Virus record (IMG/VR): IMGVR_UViG_3300032069_000147
Coordinates: 1 to 55,388 of that record
Reading direction: 5' to 3' (one strand)
DNA: 55,388 nucleotides
Source: a virus
Lineage: Duplodnaviria > Caudoviricetes
Made by a program: the position numbers and the translations under genes. Under the pieces are notes generated by a model. The model saw nothing but the letters and a program-made list of their open reading frames with translations. It was not told the DNA's origin and searched no databases. How positions within the stretch are numbered: the stretch's first letter is position 1; each line of letters begins with the position of its first letter. Of the stretch, positions 1 to 8,336 are shown piece after piece.

Positions 1-127
1 GGTTTTAGCGGGTCAGGGCCTCAAGGGCCATCCCCGCTACGGTAATGAACAGCCAGAAAACAGCGCTCCACTGCAACGCTTCGGCCAGGCGTTTGTTGCG
101 CGTTGCCCAGAGCAGAGCGCTAACGAC
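1..127. repeat. Terminal direct repeat (copy 1); circular contig overlap
   Basis: Identical to 55262-55388; 127 nt is a common assembler k-mer length. Confidence 0.95.
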
Positions 128-190
128 GAACGATAGAAACACGCCGAAGCAGCCTACAGTCCGCGCCACTAGCGAAATTTCATGGACCAT
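5..190 (-). CDS. Small membrane protein
   Basis: 61 aa with two hydrophobic stretches; GGGAGG RBS upstream. Confidence 0.6.
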   Translation of the reverse strand: MVHEISLVARTVGCFGVFLSFVVSALLWATRNKRLAEALQWSAVFWLFITVAGMALEALTR

Positions 191-741
191 GAGCGGCCTC
201 CCTCACGCCTGCAGATGTTATCACACGAGTCTAAGTCCGGAAGCTCGGCAGATGGGATTTGCTTGCGGACCAGGTCAGCTAGATTCTTTCGGGGGACCAG
301 GCCAACCGGCGAGAACGCTGCGTAAGCCACACACGCCGGTTCCCTCACCGCGTAGGCTGCATACGCCGCCGCATAAGCTGCAGAACTCGCCGGATAAGAC
401 AACAAGAACGCCGCGCGCTCCGCTCGGTCGCCCGCAATAGTAACCTCCCGGCGCGTGGCGCGTCCGTCCACCCACGCCCGCGCCGTCGAGATCGCCTTGG
501 CGGCACGGCTTTCGCCGGCGGGAACATGCGTCAGCATATATTCCGCGCACGCACATCCGGCCAGGACAACCTTCTGTCGGGGCGGCCACCCTCGTTTCCC
601 GCACATTGTCCCGACTAACCACATCATCCGGTCGGCGCGATTACATTCCGCCCACGCCTGAGCGAGCGATCTGTCGCCCACCCAGTCGACCGCGCTCTTA
701 CAAGCCCCGAGATTGTTTAGCAAGGTTTTTAATTCCATCAT
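169..741 (-). CDS. Imm5-like (putative immunity protein family) hypothetical protein
   Basis: Motif CACAEYML..VPAGESRAAKAISTARAW plus Ala/Tyr-rich tail; ATGA overlap with upstream gene. Confidence 0.6.
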   Translation of the reverse strand: MMELKTLLNNLGACKSAVDWVGDRSLAQAWAECNRADRMMWLVGTMCGKRGWPPRQKVVLAGCACAEYMLTHVPAGESRAAKAISTARAWVDGRATRREVTIAGDRAERAAFLLSYPASSAAYAAAYAAYAVREPACVAYAAFSPVGLVPRKNLADLVRKQIPSAELPDLDSCDNICRREGGRSWSMKFR

Positions 742-1265
742 TCCTCCATGTTCAGTTGCGGAAGACATGGGATTTCTTTACGTATAAGGCTGGCTAGGTC
801 TTTTTGCGAGACTACCCGAGCCGCCTCGCACATGGCGGCATCGGCGCAATAGACAGCTTCCTCAGGGTAGCGGACGGCGTAGTCGGCGAAGCAGGCGGCG
901 GTATACGCGTCGGCGGCGCCAGTGATTTCGATTGCGGCGTCAAAAGAGCCGTCAACCGCTTTCTTGACTTCCCTAAGCGCGGCCTCGCCTTTCAGACATG
1001 CCCGCGCGGTCCGGATGGCAATGAGCGGGCGATGCTCGTCAGGGAACGTAACCTGCAGTGCAGCTTCAGTGCACGCGTACGCTGCACAAATAAGTTGCTT
1101 GTTGTCCGGCCATCCTTCGCAGCCAACCATCTGCATGCACAGCCAGACCATCCAGTCTCCGCGCTCGCAGATCGCCCAGGCCTCGGCGAGGTCCTTGTGG
1201 CCGACTCACGTCTTAGCTTCTTCGCAAGCATTAAGCTGCGAGAGTAGACGTTGCAATGGCGTCAT
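738..1265 (-). pseudogene. Imm5-like paralog with in-frame TGA at codon 20
   Basis: GGAGG RBS + ATG at 1265; reads MTPLQRLLSQLNACEEAKT*VGHKDLAEAWAICERGDWMVWL and aligns with the 169-741 paralog, which has W at the stop. Confidence 0.7.
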
Positions 1266-1371
1266 GGTTAGTCCTCCTTTCCCGTCCATCAGCACCGCTG
1301 GCCCCGGTGGACAGCACGTGATACCGTGTGCGCGAATGAATTCGAGCTGTTCAGTGAAGCTTTCATGCGCT

Positions 1372-1635
1372 TCATAAGCGGAGCAGCCTGTCGATCTCCG
1401 CTGCGATAAGCGCCCCAGCTTTTTCGAGCATTCGGATGCGCGTCGAAGGTTTCCAAGACCACGCTTTCCACGGCCAATTCTCAGGTGCTTTAATATCGCC
1501 TTCGACCGCTAACGCATAGCAGGCGGCAGCCCTGGCAAGCTCGTTTTCGCTGTGAAGATCATCGTGCTTGCTTGTCCAGCCCTCTTCTGTAATTTGCCGC
1601 TTGCGTTCCGCCGCGATTCTTTCGATTCCGTTCAT
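1372..1635 (-). CDS. Conserved phage hypothetical protein
   Basis: ERIAAERKRQI.EEGW...HDD.H...ELARAAACYA...WPW...AGALIAAEIDR, a widespread phage family. Confidence 0.75.
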   Translation of the reverse strand: MNGIERIAAERKRQITEEGWTSKHDDLHSENELARAAACYALAVEGDIKAPENWPWKAWSWKPSTRIRMLEKAGALIAAEIDRLLRL

Positions 1636-1637
1636 CT

Positions 1638-1847
1638 TTACTCTCCTTCGCTCCGCAATCTTCCGGGCTCGTTCACACACAAGACGCGCAGGCGTTTCAG
1701 TTCGTCGTCAGTCACCGTAGCCACGAAGCGGATCCTACCAGCCTCGCGGCCAGGCTCCCGATGGGCGCGCCCCACCGATACCAGCCGGGACAGAAGCCGG
1801 TCGACGTTGCGGAAGCTTGCATCAGTATCAATCGTGATGATTCTCAT
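1638..1847 (-). CDS. Hypothetical protein
   Basis: GGAGG RBS; 69 aa. Confidence 0.55.
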   Translation of the reverse strand: MRIITIDTDASFRNVDRLLSRLVSVGRAHREPGREAGRIRFVATVTDDELKRLRVLCVNEPGRLRSEGE

Positions 1848-1923
1848 GTGTCCTCCCCCCTTTGCGCTAGATGCGCTCGGAGGCCCTCCGGGGAGGGCTA
1901 CCGGGCGAACCTAGCCGTTCTAT

Positions 1924-2268
1924 TTACGGACAGCCTATCCCGTTGAGGTTGCCGAGCTTCTCGCGGGGAAACCCTGCTTCTTTGGCGGCTTCGATGCCAG
2001 CTTGCACCATGCTCGCCTTAAATGTTATCTCCGCGGCTTGGAGCATATTGGCGTCAAGAGCATCCTTGGCGTCCCGCAGGGCTTCTGCCAGATTACTCTT
2101 GACCCAGGAGCGGAGAGTCGCGGACAACGCCTCCGGCGTGGCCGCGAGGTTGTGCCTATCAAGGTATATCCGCGCGGCCTCGGCAGCAATCGCTACGGCT
2201 GTTTCGCCCAGATTGCTGGGAGGATTCTTACGCTGGTCGGCTTTCGTGTAGTGGTTTTTTGCTAGCAT
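1924..2268 (-). CDS. Hypothetical protein
   Basis: AAGGAGG RBS before MLAKNHY; helical Ala-rich sequence. Confidence 0.65.
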   Translation of the reverse strand: MLAKNHYTKADQRKNPPSNLGETAVAIAAEAARIYLDRHNLAATPEALSATLRSWVKSNLAEALRDAKDALDANMLQAAEITFKASMVQAGIEAAKEAGFPREKLGNLNGIGCP

Positions 2269-2315
2269 TGTGTATGCCTCCTTCTTGCTTAGCCAGCCTT
2301 CTTCTGTGGCGTTGG

Positions 2316-2537
2316 CTATTCTCGTTCTTGATCGCTGTGACGATCGACTGCGAGAAATAGCCGCTCGTTGTCGCCCCACTGGCGATGTAGTGCTACATGG
2401 CGCCCGCCGCGGTAGACGAACCAGCCGCGATATTCCTGTCGCAGCCGCGCTTCGACCTGGTCAAGCGTGAAGCAGCCGCAAAGGTCGGGTCCGAGACAGA
2501 GCTTGTTTTCCGTTACTTCATACTTTGCTTTACTCAT
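2316..2537 (-). CDS. Hypothetical protein
   Basis: GGAGAGG RBS; 73 aa. Confidence 0.5.
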   Translation of the reverse strand: MSKAKYEVTENKLCLGPDLCGCFTLDQVEARLRQEYRGWFVYRGGRHVALHRQWGDNERLFLAVDRHSDQERE

Positions 2538-2599
2538 GTTGCCCTCTCCTTAGGAATGGCCGAATTCCATCACGTCCTCGCAATGATGTCATAGTAGGC

Positions 2600-2950
2600 C
2601 TACCGGGCGAACCCGTCATAGTCGCCCACGACCCAGGTCAGCGAGGGGTCGGGAAGCGACAACTCTGCGGCGAGAAGCTTTTTTAACTTCTCGCGCAATA
2701 GTGATATTCGCTTGTTCCAGTAATTAAATTTTACCTCGAACCGCAGCGGTTCGCCCGCTGCGAATTGCTCGATGGTCTTGTACCGTGCGAGCCAGGCGTA
2801 ACGATACGGGTCGTCTGGCTCAAGCACGACAAGGACTTCGCCCGTGTCCTCGTCAACATAACCATGCCGCTTGGACTCTTTGGTCCAAACAACGAGCCAA
2901 GAAACAACGGAGCTTGATTCTTTGAAAATTTCGTTGGGTTTTAGCTTCAT
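2600..2950 (-). CDS. Hypothetical protein
   Basis: GGAAGGA RBS before MKLKPNE. Confidence 0.55.
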   Translation of the reverse strand: MKLKPNEIFKESSSVVSWLVVWTKESKRHGYVDEDTGEVLVVLEPDDPYRYAWLARYKTIEQFAAGEPLRFEVKFNYWNKRISLLREKLKKLLAAELSLPDPSLTWVVGDYDGFAR

Positions 2951-3070
2951 GCTTCCTTCCTGGCGCATCTTCTCTTTGCGTTGGCGACGCAATCGGCAGC
3001 TTCGCGTCCCGACTCGCCACATCATCCAGTCGGCTTCTGGGTTCATGCTTCCTCCTTCCTGGCTGGCGCA

Positions 3071-3472
3071 TCATCGCTCTAGGATAACTCGCGCCTCAGC
3101 GCCCGCGCGAATAACATACTCATCGAATGAGTTATCGATTGGCGCGGGTTGTAATAGGTGTACGTCATCGCTTACCGCTTCGATGATCAGCGCAACGCGG
3201 CCTAGCCAAATTGACTCAGCGCATGCGCGTATTGATGATGATCGTGTCACGTCATCCAGCTTGTAGACGCATAGACCGCCGAATGCGGTGTCGCGCACTA
3301 CGAATTTGTTCGCGAATGCGTCAGGAGATGACGTGAAGTGCACAACGTAAATCCCCCGCGCTTTTTTAGGTGTTGTATATAGAATCGAGCGTTCGCGTGC
3401 AAACATCGTGTCTTTCATTTCGCCCCTCAGGTCCTGGTCAAACTTTTCATCCTGGTTCGGTTCTGAGTTCAT
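3071..3472 (-). CDS. Hypothetical protein
   Basis: 133 aa with GAGGA RBS. Confidence 0.55.
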   Translation of the reverse strand: MNSEPNQDEKFDQDLRGEMKDTMFARERSILYTTPKKARGIYVVHFTSSPDAFANKFVVRDTAFGGLCVYKLDDVTRSSSIRACAESIWLGRVALIIEAVSDDVHLLQPAPIDNSFDEYVIRAGAEARVILER

Positions 3473-3649
3473 GCTTCCTCATGCGATACATCCTCGCCCG
3501 CCTTGCAGCGATCCCGACACTCGCCGCACTCGATCTGCCCGCAGATCGAGCACCGCGACAGCGCCAGTACAGCCACGTACGGGTTAGTCGCCGCCCTTCA
3601 TCTCCCAGCGTTTCCCGACCTGGCCGAAAAGCGGACAGGGCGGCAAAAG

Positions 3650-3901
3650 CTATCTTTCCGCGGGAGGCGGAATAGCTCTGCGTACGGCGACCGCCATCTG
3701 CCTCAGGACATTCAGCCGGTCGCGCTCGCAGCAGGTTCGACTGTATGCTGCGCGCGCGATCGCGCACCAGGCCAGGCGCGCCTGCGCGGGGAGCAGATAC
3801 GCGCGAGAGATGGAGAGGTCGTCTGTGCGGAAAACGCTCCACATCGCCGCCTCGGCGGCACGGATGATCTGGAGCGGGGTGGGCCACCCCGGAGTTTCCA
3901 T
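3650..3901 (-). CDS. Hypothetical protein, possibly a distant Imm5-like fragment
   Basis: METPGWPTPLQIIRAA resembles MCGKRGWPPRQKVVLAG of 169-741. Confidence 0.35.
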   Translation of the reverse strand: METPGWPTPLQIIRAAEAAMWSVFRTDDLSISRAYLLPAQARLAWCAIARAAYSRTCCERDRLNVLRQMAVAVRRAIPPPAER

Positions 3902-3922
3902 GCGCTGAGCGAGGAACTCGAG

Positions 3923-4114
3923 TTAGACATCCACGCCACGAGCGACGCACGCTGGGCAAAGCGCCCAGTCGTGATCCGCGTCCAACTCGCAGCCGTCGAA
4001 CTGTCCTTCCGCGATTATAGCATCGCAATTCAAACAGCGATGCGCATGACCTTTGGGCTCTGGCGACAAATTAACTTCGCCTCGCACGACTTTGTTTGCA
4101 GGGTTTGTTTTCAT
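3923..4114 (-). CDS. Small Zn-finger protein
   Basis: AAGGAGG RBS; CLNC...CPAC. Confidence 0.6.
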   Translation of the reverse strand: MKTNPANKVVRGEVNLSPEPKGHAHRCLNCDAIIAEGQFDGCELDADHDWALCPACVARGVDV

Positions 4115-4130
4115 TTGTGCACTCCTCCTT

Positions 4131-4200
4131 CGGCGTTGGTCGCCACCCTTGCTAGCCTTTCCCGCCCTGGCCGCTTTGCGGCCAGGGCGAGGAACGCTCA
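4131..4200. repeat. Intergenic ~70 bp repeat with hairpin, copy 1
   Basis: Near-identical to 4398-4470; contains CGCCCTGGCCGC-TTT-GCGGCCAGGGCG inverted repeat. Confidence 0.9.
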
Positions 4201-4383
4201 TCAGTACCGGGCAAATGCTTCGTTGCAGCAGTACTCGCATCTGCCATGAATGTACCCATCGGGGTCGTCATTGCGGTAGACGACCACGCAACCGCAATCG
4301 CCGACCACCGTTGTCATGTTCCCATCCACATATTCAGTGAATGGCGAAGAGCACGAAAATGCAGCTCTTAAATTGTCATCCAT
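4201..4383 (-). CDS. Small Cys-rich hypothetical protein
   Basis: Lies between the two repeats; AGGA RBS. Confidence 0.5.
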   Translation of the reverse strand: MDDNLRAAFSCSSPFTEYVDGNMTTVVGDCGCVVVYRNDDPDGYIHGRCEYCCNEAFARY

Positions 4384-4397
4384 GGTGTCTTCCTTTC

Positions 4398-4470
4398 CGG
4401 CGTTGGCCGCCACCCTTTTATGTAGCCTTTCCCGCCCTGGCCGCTCCGCAGCCAGGGCGAGGAACGCTCA
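4398..4470. repeat. Intergenic ~70 bp repeat with hairpin, copy 2
   Basis: Matches 4131-4200; partial third copy at 4858-4880. Confidence 0.9.
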
Positions 4471-4489
4471 GTCCTTGCGCTTCTAATTT

Positions 4490-4828
4490 TCATTCTTCCT
4501 GGGCGTTGGCTAATCTCGCCCTCAGACTGCTCACAAAATCGAGCAGCTCGTTGTCAGTCGCCTCGGCCAACCTGTCACAGACTGGCCCGTCGGCGCAGAT
4601 CGCGAACTGCTCGCCACGAGCAGTAATGACTAGACATCTATGATTTCCGCGGGAGACATCTCGAACCACGGCCAAGCCATCCGGATCCCACCACGTGATC
4701 TTTTCGATCCAGTGGGTCGGACCCTCCGCCAACTCCGTCTTGCTGGCGGCATATAGCCGGATGGCGGACGTGTACGCACCCGCCACCGTCATGCGCCCAT
4801 TAAGAGTTATCGTACCCTGCATATTCAT
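4490..4828 (-). CDS. Hypothetical protein
   Basis: AAGGAGG RBS; 112 aa. Confidence 0.65.
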   Translation of the reverse strand: MNMQGTITLNGRMTVAGAYTSAIRLYAASKTELAEGPTHWIEKITWWDPDGLAVVRDVSRGNHRCLVITARGEQFAICADGPVCDRLAEATDNELLDFVSSLRARLANAQEE

Positions 4829-4846
4829 AAGTCCTCCTTCATCGCG

Positions 4847-5083
4847 CTAGATGCGCTCGGCGTTGGTCGCCACCCTTGCTTGCTCGGGGGTCTGCTCGGC
4901 CAAGCGGTAGAAGTACACCGTCGATCCCCAGGAGGTGCGACGCTCCGCAAGTCGTAGGTCAACGAGCTCCTCTAGAACGTCGCGACGCTCCCCAATATGC
5001 TTGGGGAGTTGCCATTCGCGGGTCAGCTTGCTAAGCGCACGCGCGAACGCTTTCTTTTGACGTGTGGTTGGGATGTATGTCAT
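4847..5083 (-). CDS. Hypothetical protein, possibly winged-helix-like
   Basis: GAGGAG RBS before MTYIPTT; first gene after the early promoter. Confidence 0.55.
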   Translation of the reverse strand: MTYIPTTRQKKAFARALSKLTREWQLPKHIGERRDVLEELVDLRLAERRTSWGSTVYFYRLAEQTPEQARVATNAERI

Positions 5084-5123
5084 CTGCTCCTCTCTACTTG
5101 TGAATTCAATTTCTCTCTTCATG

Positions 5124-5157
5124 CTTATAATATTGCACACTGCAATGTGGATGTCAA
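5124..5157 (-). promoter_or_regulatory. Putative sigma70 promoter for leftward early genes with internal palindrome
   Basis: TTGACA (5157-5152) followed by AT-rich AATATTATAA; ATTGCA-CAC-TGCAAT palindrome at 5132-5146. Confidence 0.55.
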
Positions 5158-5294
5158 GCAAAATCGTATAACTATATTTGCTTTGTTTTCAACGGTTTAG
5201 CGGGAATGTTGCCGATAAGGAACCCTTTTTCCGGATTCAGATGCGTCCGGCTGGTGAATGCGGTTATAATGGCAGAAGGCAGAGCGGAGGAATT

Positions 5295-5621
5295 ATGGGG
5301 AACGAAACAACCAATTTGTTGGTCCTGAACGCCGTGGCCGTCTGGATCATCCAGGCGCTAAAGGGCTCGAAGTACGTTCCCTGGATCACCGCGGAAACGG
5401 AAGCGGTCAATAAATTCGTCTCAGCGGCGTTCGCGGCTCTAGCATCCGCTGGAGTGGCATTCACGGCCGTCCACACGGGCGGCGTATCCGAGGGCGCGCT
5501 GACCATTTCGTGGGCGGGAATTACAGTTGCGAATGTGGTCAGTTTCTTGTACCATGCGGTCGCCTACTACGCCGCACAAAAGGCGTTCTTCAAGGTCACC
5601 GTGCCGCCGGCCCAGGGGTGA
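5295..5621 (+). CDS. Holin-like membrane protein
   Basis: GGAGG RBS; 108 aa with about 3 hydrophobic segments; near endolysin. Confidence 0.55.
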   Translation: MGNETTNLLVLNAVAVWIIQALKGSKYVPWITAETEAVNKFVSAAFAALASAGVAFTAVHTGGVSEGALTISWAGITVANVVSFLYHAVAYYAAQKAFFKVTVPPAQG

Positions 5622-5624
5622 TCG

Positions 5625-5759
5625 ATGGAATGGGTGCGACGATGCCCGCGCTGCGGCAAGGAACTGAGGAAGAAAGATCCGGAAGAACCCTGGATTTGTA
5701 CTTGCGGATGGAAATCATGCCCGGAGCAAGAAGGAGGAGGAAATGTTCGGAGCGCCTGA
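5625..5759 (+). CDS. Small Zn-ribbon protein
   Basis: MEWVRRCPRCGKEL...WICTCGW. Confidence 0.45.
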   Translation: MEWVRRCPRCGKELRKKDPEEPWICTCGWKSCPEQEGGGNVRSA

Positions 5760-5883
5760 TGCCAAGAAGATTAAAGAGGCTTTCCGGGATTTCGACGCGA
5801 AGGTGGGAACTCAGCAGAGTCCGGACCCGGTTGTGAACCTGATCGTAGAATTCATCCGCGCTTTGTCCGAAGCTTTCAAATAG
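5743..5883 (+). CDS. Small hypothetical protein (46 aa)
   Basis: Strong AGGAGGAGG RBS; MFGAPDAKKIKEAFRDFD... Confidence 0.55.
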   Translation: MFGAPDAKKIKEAFRDFDAKVGTQQSPDPVVNLIVEFIRALSEAFK

Positions 5884-5907
5884 GAGGCAAGGTCAATTAC
5901 CCCACGG

Positions 5908-7020
5908 CTAAAGCCGGGGGCTTGCAGCTAGATCATGCGAACTGATGGCACAAGCCGCCGCGTCCGGCGCATTGACGAGCGCCCGGCTCCGCAACACTCG
6001 AGCCGCGTTGATGTCGGCATTTATCGAGAAACTGCAACGCCGACACTGGAAATTCGATTGGGAAGTTCGGTTGCGTTTCGAGACATAGCCGCATTTCGAG
6101 CACTCGCGGGAACTGTTGCGAGCGTTAACCGCCGCTACCAAAACGCCAGCAAGTCTCGCCTTGTATTCTATAAAGGCCCGCAGTTGACCGAACGACCACG
6201 AACTCAATTCAGCCCGTCGAGATTTCCTGGCCCTAATCCGACAACGGATGCCCTTCAAGTCCTCAAGGGCAATTCCGCAGCCGAGGCGTTTGGCTTTCTC
6301 GACAAGTCGTTTGCTTATACAATGGTTCAAATCGCGCGCAAACCCAGATTCTTTTTCTCTTCGCTTCTTCAAAAGGCGTCGGCTGGATTTGGTCGCCTTG
6401 CGCTGGAGTTTAGCGCGAAGGTGACGGTGGCGCTTTCTGAGATTACGAACTTTCGCACCACTAAAGCTCTCGCCTGTGGAATCGGTGGCGAGGCGGTTAA
6501 TCCCAAAGTCAACTCCCAAATAGCCGTCAGGGTCGGAATCGAGCGGGGCTTCCACGACTTCGCAACCTGCGAACAAAAACCATTTCCCATTTCTCAGCAC
6601 CAAGTCGGATTCCCCAAGTTGGCTCTTCAGCAGCCGGGCCTGGTGCAACCCGGCAATGAAGGGGATTTTCTCTCGTCCCTTCATGGTACAAATCGAAACC
6701 GAGTCGGGGTAGTAGCGCAGGATGCGAAGATCGTAACTGATTGCGCCATGCAGTCGAAAGAGCCGCTTGGATTTCTTGTCAAGCTTATAGGCGTCAGAAA
6801 CTTTGGCGATCACGCGCACGGCCATTTGTGCAGTGAGGCCGAACTCCAAGCGCAGCAATCGGTAGCAAAGCTTGTGGATGGCGTACTGCCCGAACGTCTG
6901 TTGCTCCCATGCGATTTCAGACGCACGATTAGCGGCGCGATTGGCAGTTTCGAGAGTTGTCCGCAGTCTCTCGGCCTGTTCTGCCGTCGGCAAAAGTTTG
7001 ATCGCTGCGATCAATCGCAT
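5908..7020 (-). CDS. tnpB: TnpB RNA-guided endonuclease
   Basis: RuvC motifs LGVDFG, IALEDL, NADINAA; Zn finger CSKC/CRRC. Confidence 0.92.
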   Translation of the reverse strand: MRLIAAIKLLPTAEQAERLRTTLETANRAANRASEIAWEQQTFGQYAIHKLCYRLLRLEFGLTAQMAVRVIAKVSDAYKLDKKSKRLFRLHGAISYDLRILRYYPDSVSICTMKGREKIPFIAGLHQARLLKSQLGESDLVLRNGKWFLFAGCEVVEAPLDSDPDGYLGVDFGINRLATDSTGESFSGAKVRNLRKRHRHLRAKLQRKATKSSRRLLKKRREKESGFARDLNHCISKRLVEKAKRLGCGIALEDLKGIRCRIRARKSRRAELSSWSFGQLRAFIEYKARLAGVLVAAVNARNSSRECSKCGYVSKRNRTSQSNFQCRRCSFSINADINAARVLRSRALVNAPDAAACAISSHDLAASPRL

Positions 7021-7026
7021 GGGAGT

Positions 7027-7056
7027 ATTATAGCACAAGCTGTCAAGAATAGACAA
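7027..7056 (-). promoter_or_regulatory. tnpB promoter, likely leaderless transcript
   Basis: TTGTCT-N18-TATAAT with extended TG; 6 nt before ATG. Confidence 0.6.
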
Positions 7057-7109
7057 GCGGCGCTCCTCGCCACGAATGAATTCGGGGGTGTCCGCGCGGA
7101 GGGAAGTCG

Positions 7110-7613
7110 ATGAGAAGAAAAACGAAAGTCGGAATTGTCTTAGTTATCACGGCGACGCTGATGCTCTCCGCTTGCACGCCGAACCAGATTCAGATGGCGG
7201 AGCAATTGGCGCTCGTGCTTGTCCAGGACATCCCGCAGTTCATCGTATTGTTCGGCAATCCCAGCAAGGGAACCGTCAATATAATGGACACTGCGGTGGC
7301 CGACGCCACTCAGTCGGCCGCGCTCTTGCAGCAAGCCATAGCAGATTTCAAAACGGCGGGGCCGACCACCACCGCCGAGAAAGTTCACTTTTACGTGAAC
7401 GAGATCGACAAAGATCTGAAGCCCATCCTTGCCATGACGGGCGGCAATCAGAAGCTGGCTGCCGCGATTACGCTTGCGATCACCACTGCCGAGCAGATCG
7501 ATGCGGTATTCCCCGTCTCGCCAACGCCTGCGGCGGTGAAGGCCACAAACCGCGTCCGGCTGCCTAACCCGAAGGACGTCGATAAGAAATTCCACGCCCT
7601 GTTTGGATACTAA
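7110..7613 (+). CDS. Lipoprotein
   Basis: Basic N-terminus, hydrophobic core and lipobox LSAC. Confidence 0.8.
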   Translation: MRRKTKVGIVLVITATLMLSACTPNQIQMAEQLALVLVQDIPQFIVLFGNPSKGTVNIMDTAVADATQSAALLQQAIADFKTAGPTTTAEKVHFYVNEIDKDLKPILAMTGGNQKLAAAITLAITTAEQIDAVFPVSPTPAAVKATNRVRLPNPKDVDKKFHALFGY

Positions 7614-8335
7614 TGATTCACGATCCGGCGCTTGTAAAACTTGGCAGAAAACCTCCCCGGCTGGATCGGCGCACGCTCAGGCTCGCCCGATACATGCTGC
7701 CGGGACTGCCCGCCCCCAAGCCTTCCATCGACTGGACGAGCAGCGTCGCTCGGTGGGGGGATTATGGAAACAACGAATACGGAGATTGCACGCTCGCGGC
7801 CGCGGCTCACATGCAAATGGCGTGGAGCGCGAACGCAAGCGCGGAGTCCGCTCCGGATCCTTCATGCATTCTCAGTCTTTATCGGCAACTCAGTCCGCAG
7901 GACCAGGGGCTAGTCGAGCTTGATGTGCTCAACCTTTGGCGGCAGCAAGGCATTTGCGGCGGCAAGATCGCTGCATTTGGGGCGGTCAACTACAGAAGCC
8001 TGGACGAGGTGAAGCTGGGCATTGAATGGTTTGGCGGACTATACGCAGGGGTGATCTTGCCGATGGCCGCGCAGAATCAAGAGGTGTGGGACATTGCGGC
8101 CAACGACGGCGGAGTATGGGGGGCGCACGCCGTTCCCCTGTTGGCGTACGGGCTGAGCGACCTGCTTTCGATCACCTGGGGGGAAGTGAAACGGCTGACG
8201 TGGGCCTGGCTCAGCATGTACACGGAAGAACTTTGGGCGTGCATTTCATCCGACTGGCTGAACTCTCAGGGGAAAACTCCCGAAGGTCTGGATATCGAGA
8301 CTCTGGCGGGCGATCTCGAAAAGGTGACCGCATGA
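7613..8335 (+). CDS. Papain-like cysteine peptidase family protein
   Basis: GNNEYGDCT (Cys), GAHAV (His), SITWG. Confidence 0.65.
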   Translation: MIHDPALVKLGRKPPRLDRRTLRLARYMLPGLPAPKPSIDWTSSVARWGDYGNNEYGDCTLAAAAHMQMAWSANASAESAPDPSCILSLYRQLSPQDQGLVELDVLNLWRQQGICGGKIAAFGAVNYRSLDEVKLGIEWFGGLYAGVILPMAAQNQEVWDIAANDGGVWGAHAVPLLAYGLSDLLSITWGEVKRLTWAWLSMYTEELWACISSDWLNSQGKTPEGLDIETLAGDLEKVTA

Positions 8336-8336
8336 C

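Larger units (their letters stand above)
5892..7105 (-). mobile_element. Non-autonomous IS200/IS605-family (IS1341-like) element, TnpB only
   Basis: Right-end hairpin CCCCCGGCTTTAGCCGTGGGG ending in TTGAC; left-end hairpin ACCCCCGAATTCATTCGTGGCGAGG; TCGAC flank; no tnpA. Confidence 0.85.

Noticed and set aside
1206-1208. Genome-wide TGA-to-Trp recoding
   Set aside because: TGA ends many genes here, including ATGA overlaps; a single nonsense mutation is simpler
5935-7113. Long + strand ORFs antisense to real genes (also 15931-16923, 20250-21521, 26096-27193, 35349-36548, 46666-47643)
   Set aside because: Shadow ORFs expected in GC-rich DNA; no motifs
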